A stretch of 64,000 nucleotides of DNA from Polyangiales bacterium (GCA_964202905.1 CAXNJO010000001.1:384001-448000), one strand, 5' to 3'. Shown: positions 20,431 through 30,157, counted from the first letter of the stretch. The notes: a model not told the origin generated them from the sequence alone. Numbers and translations are program-made.

Positions 20431-21818
20431 TGGGAGCCCTCGTCGCGCTCGCGGCCATCGCGGCCGTCTGCTTCCTCACGATCCTGATGGTCGTGAAGAA
20501 CGTCCTTTACGTCTGCCAGCCCAACGAAGTGCTGATCTTCTCGGGGCGCCCGCGCACGACGGCGCAGGGCGTCGTCGGCTACCGCATCGTCAAGGGCGGC
20601 CGCACGTTGCGCGTGCCGCTGATCGAGGTCGTCGACCGCATGGACCTCACGAACATGACGATCGAGGTCTCGGTGCGCGGCGCGTATTCGAAGGGCGGGA
20701 TCCCGCTCTCGGTGCAGGGCGTCGCGAACATCAAGGTTCCGGGCGAAGAGCCGCTCATCCACAACACGCTGCAGCGCTTCCTCGGCTACACGCGCGCGCA
20801 GATCATGCAGGTCGCCCAGCAGACGCTCGAGGGCAACCTGCGCGGCGTCCTCGCGACGCTCACGCCCGAGCAGGTGAACACCGACAAGGAGGCGTTCGCG
20901 AGCAAGCTGACGGAAGAGGCCGAGCAGGACCTCTCCAAGATCGGCCTCGTGCTCGACACCCTCAAGATCCAGAACGTCACCGACGAGGTCGGCTACCTCA
21001 GCTCGATCGGGCGGATGCGCAGCGCGAAGGTACGCCTCGCAGCCGTCGTCGCGGAGTCCGAGGCGCAGGCCCAGACGGCCGAGCAGAAGTGGCAGAACAC
21101 GATGAACGCCGAGATCTCGAAGCTCGAGGCGCAGATCGCGGTCACGACGCAGCGCAACCATCGCCGCATCGTCGACGCGCAGTCGCGGCGCGAGGCGCTG
21201 ATCGCCGAGCAGCGCGCCGAGGTGCAGGCCGACATCGCGCAGGCGCAGGCCGAGGCGCAGCTGCAGCTCGCGCGCATCGAGCAGGTGAAGCTGCAGCTCC
21301 TCGCGGAGGTCGTGCAGCCCGCCGAGGCGCAGCGGCGGCGCGCGGAAGAGGCCGCGAAGGGCGCCGCAGCGACGATCGTCGAGCAGGGACGCGCGACCGC
21401 GAGCGTGCTCGCCGGGCTCGCGAAGCAGTACCAGGCGAGCGGCGCCGCCGGTCGCGACGTGCTGCTCATGCAGAAGCTGCTCCCGCTGATCGGCCGCCTC
21501 ACGCAGCCGCTCAGCGATCTGCGCGTCGACCGGCTCACGGTCATCGGCCCGGCGCCCGCAGGCGCGACGGGCGGCGACACGCCGCTCGCCACGAAGCTGC
21601 TCGGCGCGAGCGAGCAGATCCGCGCGGCGACCGGGCTCGACGTACCGAAGATGCTGAGGGAGCGCTTCGACGGCCCCGCGGGCACCGCCGGCTCCGCGAG
21701 GCCCGCGAGCAGCGCGCCCCGAACGCCGTCACCCGCCCCTGCAGCAGGCGTATCAACCCAGACACCTCCCGGTGGTTTCGCACCCTCGGGCGAGCGTGGC
21801 CCGGTGCGGCGGGGCTGA
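20430..21818 (+). CDS. Flotillin-like SPFH domain protein 2
   Basis: Start overlaps the upstream stop. PNEVLIFSG, TLEGNLRGVLA, LDTLKIQNVTDEVGYL, and a coiled coil. Confidence 0.92.
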   Translation: MGALVALAAIAAVCFLTILMVVKNVLYVCQPNEVLIFSGRPRTTAQGVVGYRIVKGGRTLRVPLIEVVDRMDLTNMTIEVSVRGAYSKGGIPLSVQGVANIKVPGEEPLIHNTLQRFLGYTRAQIMQVAQQTLEGNLRGVLATLTPEQVNTDKEAFASKLTEEAEQDLSKIGLVLDTLKIQNVTDEVGYLSSIGRMRSAKVRLAAVVAESEAQAQTAEQKWQNTMNAEISKLEAQIAVTTQRNHRRIVDAQSRREALIAEQRAEVQADIAQAQAEAQLQLARIEQVKLQLLAEVVQPAEAQRRRAEEAAKGAAATIVEQGRATASVLAGLAKQYQASGAAGRDVLLMQKLLPLIGRLTQPLSDLRVDRLTVIGPAPAGATGGDTPLATKLLGASEQIRAATGLDVPKMLRERFDGPAGTAGSARPASSAPRTPSPAPAAGVSTQTPPGGFAPSGERGPVRRG

Positions 21819-21830
21819 GCCCGGGCGGGC

Positions 21831-22418
21831 GTGCGGCTCACTCCTCGGACGCGCCGCGTGCTCCTGCTGAGCGTCGCCGCGCTCCTCGTCGCTTGGGGGC
21901 TCGGGGCGCTCGCGCTCGACGCGTACGGGAGACGCGCGGCGCCGTCGAGCGGGCAGTGGGACGCAATCGTCGTCGCGGGCTGCCGGGTGATGCCGGACGG
22001 TCGGCCGAGCCCGGCGCTCGAGCGGCGCGTCCGTGCGGCCGTCGCGCTCTGGAAGGCGGGGCGCGCGCCGCTCGTCGTGATGACGGGCGGCGTCGGCGAG
22101 CACCCACCTTCCGAAGCCGAGGCCGCCGCGCGACTCGCACACGCGCTCGGCGTGCCCGAGTCGGCGCTCGTGCGGGAATCGCAGTCGACGACGACGGCCG
22201 AAAACGCGCGCTTCGCGGCCCGCGTCGTCGACGCGCGGCGCGTGCTCATCGTGAGCGACACCTACCACGTGCTCCGCTGCGAGTGGCTCTTCGGCCGCCA
22301 CTTCGCCGAGGTGCGCGGCGTCGGGTCGACGCCCGAGCCGTGGCCGCGCGTCCGCTTCGCGCTGCGCGAGGTGGGCGCCGTGCTCGTCGAGGCCGCGCGC
22401 GCCGCTACGCGCCCATGA
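21831..22418 (+). CDS. YdcF/DUF218 (ElyC/SanA-like) envelope protein
   Basis: TM anchor, DAIVVAG, MTGGVG, SEAEA, ESQSTTTAENA and VSDTYHVLR. Confidence 0.88.
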   Translation: MRLTPRTRRVLLLSVAALLVAWGLGALALDAYGRRAAPSSGQWDAIVVAGCRVMPDGRPSPALERRVRAAVALWKAGRAPLVVMTGGVGEHPPSEAEAAARLAHALGVPESALVRESQSTTTAENARFAARVVDARRVLIVSDTYHVLRCEWLFGRHFAEVRGVGSTPEPWPRVRFALREVGAVLVEAARAATRP

Positions 22419-23223
22419 GCGCGCGCTTGCCGAGCGCGTCGATGGCCTTCGCGTAGAGCCACGGCGAGGCGCGTTTGAGGCGCCAGATCCAGCGCGAGTC
22501 GGCGTGCGGCAGCACGTAGAACGTGTCGCTCTCGACGGCGTCGAGCGCAATGCGCGCGATGTCGTCGGCCGACCACTTCGAGCGCTGCATCAGCTTCTCG
22601 GCGAACTTCGCCTTCTTCGCGTCGACGACCCCGCGCCCGCTCTTGACGATGTCGGTCGGGAAGAAGCTCGGGCAGAGGCAAGTCACACCGACGCCGCGCC
22701 CACGCACCTCGCCGACGAGCGTCTCCGAGAGCGAGATGACGCCGGCCTTGGTCACGTTGTAGGGCGCCATCCCGGGGACCGAGACGATGCCGGCCATCGA
22801 GGCGACGTTGAGGATGTGGCCCGAGCCGCGCGCGACCATCTCCGGCACGAAGCTGTGGCAGCCATGGATGACGCCGAAGAGATTGACCTCGAGCTGGAAG
22901 CGCCAGTCGGAGAGCGCGACCTCGCCGATCGGCCCCGAGACCGCGACGCCCGCGTTGTTGATGAGCAGATCCGTGCCGCCGAGCTCCGACTTCGCGAGCA
23001 CGGAGAGCGCCTCGAGCTCCTCGGGGCGCGTGACGTCGCAGCGCGCCGTGACGACGCGGCCGCCCGCCTCGCGCACGAGGCGCGCCGTCTCCTCGAGCCC
23101 CGCCGCGTTCACGTCCGAGAGCACGACGTGCGCCCCGCGACGCACAAGCTCGCGCGCGAACGCGCGCCCGAGTCCACTGCCCGCCCCCGTGACGACCGCC
23201 CGACTGTTGCCGTTGATCTTCAT
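22405..23223 (-). CDS. Short-chain dehydrogenase/reductase
   Basis: VVTGAGSGLG, LINNAG and YNVTK. GAGGAGG lies upstream of ATG 23223. Confidence 0.93.
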   Translation of the reverse strand: MKINGNSRAVVTGAGSGLGRAFARELVRRGAHVVLSDVNAAGLEETARLVREAGGRVVTARCDVTRPEELEALSVLAKSELGGTDLLINNAGVAVSGPIGEVALSDWRFQLEVNLFGVIHGCHSFVPEMVARGSGHILNVASMAGIVSVPGMAPYNVTKAGVISLSETLVGEVRGRGVGVTCLCPSFFPTDIVKSGRGVVDAKKAKFAEKLMQRSKWSADDIARIALDAVESDTFYVLPHADSRWIWRLKRASPWLYAKAIDALGKRALMGA

Positions 23224-23366
23224 CCTGCCTCCTCGCGGCTGGCGCCGAGCATAACCGCGCACGCGCGCCGGCGGGCGACGATCGCGGCCCTGCACCGCGC
23301 GCGACCTGTGCGCGAAGTCCGCGCGCCGCCGGAGAACGCGGCCGCTTTCGGGTATCCTCGCGCATC

Positions 23367-26177
23367 ATGCACGTCGCCCGCTCGCTCCGCGCCCGCGCGC
23401 TCGGCTTCGCCCTCCCCTTGCTGATGCTCGCCGGCTGCGGCGACGACGACGACACGCCGCCGCCGCCACCGTCTCCCGACGCCGGGCCCTCGGCTTGCGG
23501 CGCGACCACGCCGCTGCCCTCGCTGCGCTGGATCCGCACCACGCTCGGCACCGCGCCGGGCCTCACGCGGCAGAACGCGCTCGGTCTGGGGCGTGATTTC
23601 TGCGAGGACCTCGTCATCACGCTGAGCTCGTCGGACCCCGCCGTCGCGACGGTGCCCGCGTCGCTCACGATCGCCGCGGCCAAGAGCGACGTCGAGACGA
23701 CGATCACGCCCGTCGGCGAGGGCACGACGACCATCACCGCGTCGGTCACACGCAGCGGCGTCACCGAGACGGCGACCTTCACCTTCGACGTCGCGGCAGC
23801 GACGCTGCCGGCCTGCGCGGGCACGGCGAGCGGGCGCGTGACGCCCGGCGCGCGCGTGACGGTCGCGGCGGGCAGCACGCTCGCCGGCAGCGAAGTGCAC
23901 GTGCAGCCCGGCGCCTCGCGCGACGACTTCTTCCGCGTCGATCCCTTCGACGCGACGATCGCCTGCGCGCCGGACCAGGTGCCGGCCGGCTACCGGGCGC
24001 TCGGCCCCGCGGTGACCTTCGGGCCCACGGATTTCCGCTCGAACCGCGAGATCGAGGTCGCGATCCCCGTCTCGCTCGCGCTGCTCCCCGCCAACGCGAA
24101 CCGCAGCCACGTGCTCATCAGCTACTCGAGCGCGCGCGTGTCCGAGCCCACGATCGTGCCGTTCGCGCGGCCGTCGTTCGAGGGCGGCTGGGGCAAGGGC
24201 CTGCTCCGCTTCCAGACGCCGCGCCTCGGCACCTTCCAGGCCGTCGTCGCCGACACCTCCGGCAGCTCGCGCATGCGCGAGTACAAGTTCCGCGGCGTCA
24301 CGGGCTTCTCGATGGGCGCGATCGGCAGCGCGCAGCTCGGGCTGCGGCACCCGGAGCGCTTCGACTTCAGCGCGCCGCTCGGCGGGCCGACGGACTTCGT
24401 CCAGACCATCCACTACTTCCGCGAGTACAACTTCGGCGGCTTCTGCACCGAGGAAGATCGCGCGGTGCCGGGCAACACCTGCGACGAGGGCGCGTCGCTC
24501 GCGAACACGCCGCCGAACGACGAGCTCTACCAGACGGTCCAGGACTTCGAGCACTGGTACTACGAGGACGACTACGGCGGTCAGGGCGGCACGTTCGATC
24601 GGCGCGAGTGGATGCAGATCTTCCGCGACCTCTCGTTCATGTACGGCAACCCGGCGACGAACCGGACCGACGACCCGACGCAGCCGAACATCACGCCGCC
24701 CGGCGTCCCCGACACCACGCGCATGATCCCCGATGCGACGCGGTGCGAGAACCCGATCGTCATCCCGCCCGAGGCCGGCGACACCGACCCGATGACGGGC
24801 TTCTTCGACGACGAGTTCAACCCCGAGGGCCTGCACCCGGTCATCACCTTCTGTGATGGGGCAGAGATCCGCGTGGACGGCCGCCGCGACATCGGTGTGT
24901 GGGATCCAGGCGGGCGCAACGACTACCCGGCCGAGCCCTTCCTCGCCGTCGACGTGAACGACAACGGCGTGCGCGACCCCGGCGAGCCCGTGGTCCGCAA
25001 CATGTGGGAGGCCTTCCGCGACGTCGGCCTCGACAACGTCGCGAGCGCCGACGAGCCCGGCTTCGACGCGGTCACCAACCCCGACCCGAACGGCGACGAC
25101 TACGACTTCCAGTTCAACCCGCGCGGCACCGAGGGCAACTGGTACCGCGACGGCGCGTCCGACGTCGCCGGCGCACCCGGCGTCGCGGAGCCCTTCGACG
25201 ACCTCGGCCTCGACGGCGTCGCGGGCACGCCGCAGCTCCGCGCCGGCGGCTACGACTTCGGCGAGGGCAACCGCCGCTACGACCGCGCGTCCGGCACCGA
25301 GCGGATGTTCGAGCGCAACCCGAAGCTGCTCGCGCTCACGATGGCCGACGACGCCCTCGCGGACCTCGACGTCTTCGCCGACGGCGGCATCCGCGACCTG
25401 CTCAACTCGCTGCCCTCGATGAACCACTTCATCGGCGCGTTCCAGGCGCGCGGCCGCGGCGTGCGGATGTACAACTCGCACGCGTCGCTCTTCTACACCG
25501 GCCGCACCGAGGACAACCTCTTCGACTTCACGACCATCCCCTGGGATGAGGTCGGCGGCTCGGTGCTCGTGCGCTACGGCGACCCCGACGCGACGCGACA
25601 GCAGCTCGTCGACGGCGACGGCGGGCACGTCGGCACGGGCGACCAGCTGCTCAACCGCGTGCTCTCGGCGCTCTCGTGGATGAGCGCGCGCTGGCCCGAC
25701 GGCGACCGCCGCGCGATCCGCGACCGCCTCTGCTCCCCCGGCGACTCGGCCTGCCCGAACCCCAACAAGCTCGTGACGATGTTCGAGTCGCCGACGACGG
25801 GCCGCGTCGGCCCCGCCGCGATCGTGCTCCCGCCCGGCTACTTCGCGCCGGAGAACGCGTCGCTGCGTTACCCGGTCGTCTATTTCGGGCACGGCTATGG
25901 GATGTCGCCCAACGACCTCATCGAGCTCGGCCTCATCTTCTGGACGTACATGACCGCGGGCACGATCCCCGAGGCGCACCGCCTCCAGAAGATGATCTTC
26001 GTCTTCCCGGACGGCCTCTGCCGCGGCGAGGAGTGCCTGCAGGGCACCTTCTACACCGACGCGCCGCAGGGCACGCCGAGCGGCGCGCAGATGGAGACCT
26101 GGCTGCTCGACCTGATGGAGTACGTCGACGCGACGTACCGCACGCGCTCACCCGAGACGTTCACGTACACGCCCTGA
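23367..26177 (+). CDS. Large lipoprotein: Ig-like N-terminal domains plus an apparently circularly permuted alpha/beta-hydrolase (esterase)
   Basis: Lipobox LAGC. GFSMG elbow (Ser about residue 315), DGGIRD, GGH, and C-terminal LPPGY / YPVVYFGHG / YVDATYRT. Confidence 0.75.
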   Translation: MHVARSLRARALGFALPLLMLAGCGDDDDTPPPPPSPDAGPSACGATTPLPSLRWIRTTLGTAPGLTRQNALGLGRDFCEDLVITLSSSDPAVATVPASLTIAAAKSDVETTITPVGEGTTTITASVTRSGVTETATFTFDVAAATLPACAGTASGRVTPGARVTVAAGSTLAGSEVHVQPGASRDDFFRVDPFDATIACAPDQVPAGYRALGPAVTFGPTDFRSNREIEVAIPVSLALLPANANRSHVLISYSSARVSEPTIVPFARPSFEGGWGKGLLRFQTPRLGTFQAVVADTSGSSRMREYKFRGVTGFSMGAIGSAQLGLRHPERFDFSAPLGGPTDFVQTIHYFREYNFGGFCTEEDRAVPGNTCDEGASLANTPPNDELYQTVQDFEHWYYEDDYGGQGGTFDRREWMQIFRDLSFMYGNPATNRTDDPTQPNITPPGVPDTTRMIPDATRCENPIVIPPEAGDTDPMTGFFDDEFNPEGLHPVITFCDGAEIRVDGRRDIGVWDPGGRNDYPAEPFLAVDVNDNGVRDPGEPVVRNMWEAFRDVGLDNVASADEPGFDAVTNPDPNGDDYDFQFNPRGTEGNWYRDGASDVAGAPGVAEPFDDLGLDGVAGTPQLRAGGYDFGEGNRRYDRASGTERMFERNPKLLALTMADDALADLDVFADGGIRDLLNSLPSMNHFIGAFQARGRGVRMYNSHASLFYTGRTEDNLFDFTTIPWDEVGGSVLVRYGDPDATRQQLVDGDGGHVGTGDQLLNRVLSALSWMSARWPDGDRRAIRDRLCSPGDSACPNPNKLVTMFESPTTGRVGPAAIVLPPGYFAPENASLRYPVVYFGHGYGMSPNDLIELGLIFWTYMTAGTIPEAHRLQKMIFVFPDGLCRGEECLQGTFYTDAPQGTPSGAQMETWLLDLMEYVDATYRTRSPETFTYTP

Positions 26178-26298
26178 TCCCCGGTCGCGCACGCCGCGCC
26201 CCGGCGCGGCCCCCCCGGACGCCCGCACGCGAGCCCTCCGCCCCACCGCGGAGGGCTCGTCGGGTTTCAGGCCACCGATCACGCGCAGCAGCGGGGGG

Positions 26299-26380
26299 CG
26301 CGGCGACACCGCAAGGGACTTGCGGTCTGCGGGGAGAGCACCGCGCGCCGCGGCGACACCGCAAGAGACTTGCGGTGTGC
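26299..26380. repeat. Two direct copies (50-bp period) of a ~32-bp element containing the hairpin ACCGCAAG-NNN-CTTGCGGT; REP-like or terminator-like
   Basis: cgcggcgacaccgcaagggacttgcggtctgc at 26299-26330 and cgcggcgacaccgcaagagacttgcggtgtgc at 26349-26380, between convergent genes. Confidence 0.8.
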
Positions 26381-26387
26381 AGCACGC

Positions 26388-28538
26388 TCAGCGCGGCGCG
26401 GGCGGCGCGGCGGGAACGAGCAGGAGCACCGCGTCAGGGGTGAGGAGGAAGACGCGATCGCGGCCGTCGAGGTCGACGTCGCGCAGGTCGTTCGTGGGCA
26501 GGCCGTTCTCCTCGGTGAAGCGCTGCCAGGTCGTGCCATCCGAGTGGACGACGCCGCGCGGGCCGGCGGCCCAGAGGTGACCGGCGCTGTCGACGGCGAT
26601 GGCGGTCGGGCGCGCGGCCTGCACCGTCGCGGGGAGCGTGAAGTCGAAGGCGCCGTCCGCGTAGACACCGAGCCCCTCGGCCGCGGCGACCCACACGCGC
26701 TCGCCCGGCGCGGTCGCGAGGTCGCTCACGACCTCACCGCGCACGCCGCGCGCCTCGCCGAAGACGACGGCCTGCGAGTTGCCCACGCGCGCCGCGCCCG
26801 AGAGCGTCGGGAACCACGCACCCGCGCTCGTGAAGTCGACGGCGGTGACCTCGTCGGGGAGCGGCGTCGCGCCGTTGCCGTCGGCCGCGGTCGCGCCGCG
26901 GTGGTGGTAGACGATCGTCTCCGTGTCGCGCGCGAGCATGACGGCGCCGCGCATGCGCGTGCCGGTGCCCGGGCCCTCTTCGCGCTCGATCTCGACGCCG
27001 AGCCAGAACGCGCCGTCGGGCGCGACGCCCAGGAAGGGGAGCGCCGTGATGCGCTGCGTGACGGCGCTCAGCGCGCGCTCGATCAGCTGCCGCCAGGTGT
27101 CGCCTTCGGCGCGGTAGATGCGGACCGTCGCCGTCGTGCCGACGCGCGCGCAGAGGTAGGCGCCGCCCTCGCCCGTCGCGATCGCCTGCGGCACGATGCC
27201 CTCGGGGAGCGCGACGCGGCGGAGCGCGCCGTCGTCGTCGAGGCGCAGGAGATCGCCGCGACGCGAGAGCACCCAGGTGCGCTGCAGGTTGTCGGTCGCG
27301 ACCTGGAAATCGCTGGGCGCGACGAGGTCGAGCGTGCGGAAGAAGCGCGGCGCGCCGTCCGCGCCGAGCAGCACGAGGCCGCGGTTGCGGTCCGCGACCA
27401 GCAGCGCGCCGTCCGTCGCGCGCCCGGCGTACGCGCCCTCGGGGATCGCGAGCCCGGTGGCGGGCGCGACCGCGAGCGGCGGCGCGTCGACGGTCGCGCG
27501 ACCCGCTTCGGGCTCCTCGAAGCGCGAGGGCGCGCGCGCGGCCTCGCCAGGCCCCGTCGGAGCGACGACGCGCGCCGCGGGCGTGAGGCGCGCGCGGTAG
27601 GTGCGCACGCCGTGGTGCTCGGTGTCGGCGCGCACCGCGAGGAGCGGCACGCCGTCGCCGCGGTCCCGGCCCGGCGTGATCGTGTACGCGCGCGTCCCGG
27701 TGAGCAGCAGCGCGCCGCCCGCGTGCGGGAGCAGGCCGAGGATCACGGGCGGGAAGTCCGCGAGCGTGTAGCCGTACCAGTGCGTGCCGTCCCAGTAGCC
27801 GAGCAGCGAACGGCCCGGTCCACGGAGCAGCGCGAGCACACGGCCTTCCGCGAGGGGCGCGAGGGCGGCGACGTACGGTTCGGGGATGCCGCGCGTCTGG
27901 GCGTGCTCGCGCACGACGTCCGCGCCCTCGATCCGCAACACGCCCTGCGTCGTGCCGACCCAGAGCGCGTCGCCGTCGGGCGCGAGCGTGGTGCACTGCA
28001 CGGGCTCGCCGAAGCCCTCCCAGACGCCGTCCTTCAAGCGCGCGAGGCCACCGCGGCCGCACGCGATGACGGTGCCGTCCGCGCGCGCGGCGAGGTCGAC
28101 GACGTCGCCCACGGGCGCGGGCGGGAGCGCGGGGTTCAGCGCGTCGCCGTCGATGGCCGCGAGGCCGGACGCGGTGGCGACGATCACGGACTCGCCGCTC
28201 CGCACGGCGATCGCCCGCACGTCGTCGCTCGGCAGGCCCTCGGCGCGCGTGATCCGGCGCGGCGCCGCGTCGCCCTCACGCGCGAACGTGAGCACGCCGC
28301 GGTCGGTGGCGGCCCACACGTGCGCGGGCGTCAGCGCGACCCCGCGCACGGTGTCCGCGTCGGTGAGCGTCACGACACGCCGCTCCGCGCCGCCGATCGT
28401 CAGCGTGCGGAACGTGCCGCCCGTCTGCAGCGCTGCGGGCCCGCAGGCGCCGGCGAGGAGGGCCGCGAGGACGAGCGAAAGCGCCGCCGCAGGCAGGCGG
28501 GACGCGGACGTGGGCGGGGGCGTAGCGCGTGTCGTCAT
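26388..28538 (-). CDS. Lipoprotein with ligand-binding beta-propeller (two-component regulator propeller-like) repeats
   Basis: Lipobox-like LAGAC. Repeats VWAATDRG, EGLPSDDVRAI, LWVGTTQG, VDSAGHLW and NGLPTNDLRDVDLDG. Confidence 0.75.
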   Translation of the reverse strand: MTTRATPPPTSASRLPAAALSLVLAALLAGACGPAALQTGGTFRTLTIGGAERRVVTLTDADTVRGVALTPAHVWAATDRGVLTFAREGDAAPRRITRAEGLPSDDVRAIAVRSGESVIVATASGLAAIDGDALNPALPPAPVGDVVDLAARADGTVIACGRGGLARLKDGVWEGFGEPVQCTTLAPDGDALWVGTTQGVLRIEGADVVREHAQTRGIPEPYVAALAPLAEGRVLALLRGPGRSLLGYWDGTHWYGYTLADFPPVILGLLPHAGGALLLTGTRAYTITPGRDRGDGVPLLAVRADTEHHGVRTYRARLTPAARVVAPTGPGEAARAPSRFEEPEAGRATVDAPPLAVAPATGLAIPEGAYAGRATDGALLVADRNRGLVLLGADGAPRFFRTLDLVAPSDFQVATDNLQRTWVLSRRGDLLRLDDDGALRRVALPEGIVPQAIATGEGGAYLCARVGTTATVRIYRAEGDTWRQLIERALSAVTQRITALPFLGVAPDGAFWLGVEIEREEGPGTGTRMRGAVMLARDTETIVYHHRGATAADGNGATPLPDEVTAVDFTSAGAWFPTLSGAARVGNSQAVVFGEARGVRGEVVSDLATAPGERVWVAAAEGLGVYADGAFDFTLPATVQAARPTAIAVDSAGHLWAAGPRGVVHSDGTTWQRFTEENGLPTNDLRDVDLDGRDRVFLLTPDAVLLLVPAAPPAPR

Positions 28539-28617
28539 GGGGGTGCCGCCGTGGTAGCGGGACGCCACGGAGGTGTCAACGGAGGCGCGGGAACGCGGCC
28601 GTGGCGCCCCCGCGCGG

Positions 28618-30157
28618 TCAGTCCGCGGTCGCCGCTGCGGCCGCCGCGCGCGCCCGCGCCACGAGCACGCGGGGCAGCGGCCGCAGGCGCTCGGGCGGCG
28701 ACGTCACGCGCCCGCGCACCGTGCCCTCGAGCACGCGCACCGCGACGGGCGGCGTGAGCTCCGTGCGCGCCCCGCGCGACGCGATCCGCAGCACGAAGGC
28801 GTGTCCCCGGGTGCGGAAGCGGCGCTCGTAGCGCACGAACTCCGGCCCGCGCCGCGCGTGGTCGCGGTGCGCGAGCAGGAAGCCCCCGAGCCGCACCGCG
28901 AGGTGGTTGAAGAGGCGGTGACAGCCGTGGCTCGAGCCGCGGAGGATCGATGGATAGCTCGCCGAGCCGTGCGTGCGGATCCCGCGGTCGACGTAGCGCG
29001 ACGCCCCGCCGGCGGGGCGGGCCGGGACCTCGACGTGGTGGATGAGCATCACGAGCCCGTAGGCGCTCGCGAAGCCGGGACCGAACGAATCACGATTGAT
29101 TCTCCAGCCGCGCAGCGCGTCCCGGCGCACCAGGTCCGCGTCCGGCGTCGAGGGCGGCGGCAGCCACGCGGGCGAGGCCACGAGGTCTCGCCACACGCGC
29201 GGCCCGACCTCGCTGTTCTTGTAGAGCAGCCCGACGTGGCCAGCTCGGCCGGAGCTCGGGCTCCCAGCCCCCGATGGTCGTCGGCCAGCGCACGAGCGCG
29301 ACCTCGCGGGCGCCGTCGCGCGCGTAGATCACGAGCCGCGCGCGCCGGTTCACCGACTGCGGGAGGCGACGCCCCGTGCCGTCGTAGGGGAAGTCGTACC
29401 AGACGTCGCCGCGGTCGATCTCGGCGCGGAGCGCCATGTTTCTCGAATGATACGATGGCGGCCGCGGCAGACGGACCGCCACGACGAGCCCGCTGGCGGT
29501 GTCCGCGCGGGCGTCGAAGAAGGAGCGCACCGACGCGACGTCGCGCCAGCCGAGCGCCTCGGCCGCACGCTCGGTCGCGGGGCTGATGGCGTCCGGGGCG
29601 GCCTCGGGCAGCGCTGGCTCCGACGCGAACGCATGAAAATCGGGGGCATCGAGCCCGCGCCCGAGCACCGTGCCCCACGCGGCGGCCGCAGAGCCGTCCT
29701 CGACGACGGTGAGCCCGCGCGTCTCCGCCTCGGTGCCCGTCATACGGCCGCGGTCGCGGCCCGCCTCGAAGTGCACCACCTCGGGGGGCAGCGCCACCTC
29801 GCGCTGCCGGGAGCCGTCCCGGGCGACGAGGCGTGGCGGCGCCGCGGGCCCGCCGTCGTCGGATGGCCCGGATGGCGGGTCGCGGCTCGGCCCGCCCGCC
29901 TCGGAGCCCGCTGCATCGGGTGGGACGAAGCGCGGATCGAGGGCGTCACGGGCGCGCGCGTCGGGCTGCAGGCTGCGCGGCGCCGTGTCGCGCGGCGACA
30001 GGTCGCGGGTCTGCGGGCTGCGAGTCTGTGGGCTGCGCGCATCGCCGGGCCCGCGCGCGCAGGTGGCCGCGAGGGCGCCGCAGAGCGCGAGGCACAGCGA
30101 CGCGGCCGGGCGTCGCACGGCGTCCATGCGCGCGAGGCGCCGGGCGGAGAGGCCCAT
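28618..30157 (-). pseudogene. L,D-transpeptidase family protein interrupted by a +1 frameshift near 29242 (pseudogene or sequence error)
   Basis: Removing one base joins ...WPTTIGGWEPELRPS to GHVGLLYKNSEVGPRVWRDLVASPAW. The catalytic motif IRTHGS...SSHGCHRL lies in the downstream frame. Start uncertain (30127 or 30157). Confidence 0.75.

Noticed and set aside
18324..21818. 1164-aa ORF as one giant flotillin
   Set aside because: Only the part from ~20430 looks like protein. The upstream portion is an off-frame shadow of nfeD and flotillin 1.
11592..22418. Terpene secondary-metabolite biosynthetic cluster
   Set aside because: No terpene cyclase, squalene/phytoene synthase or tailoring enzymes are adjacent; it reads as precursor supply.
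26299..26380. Possible mini-CRISPR array
   Set aside because: Only two units, a spacer of ~18 bp, no leader and no cas genes in the window.
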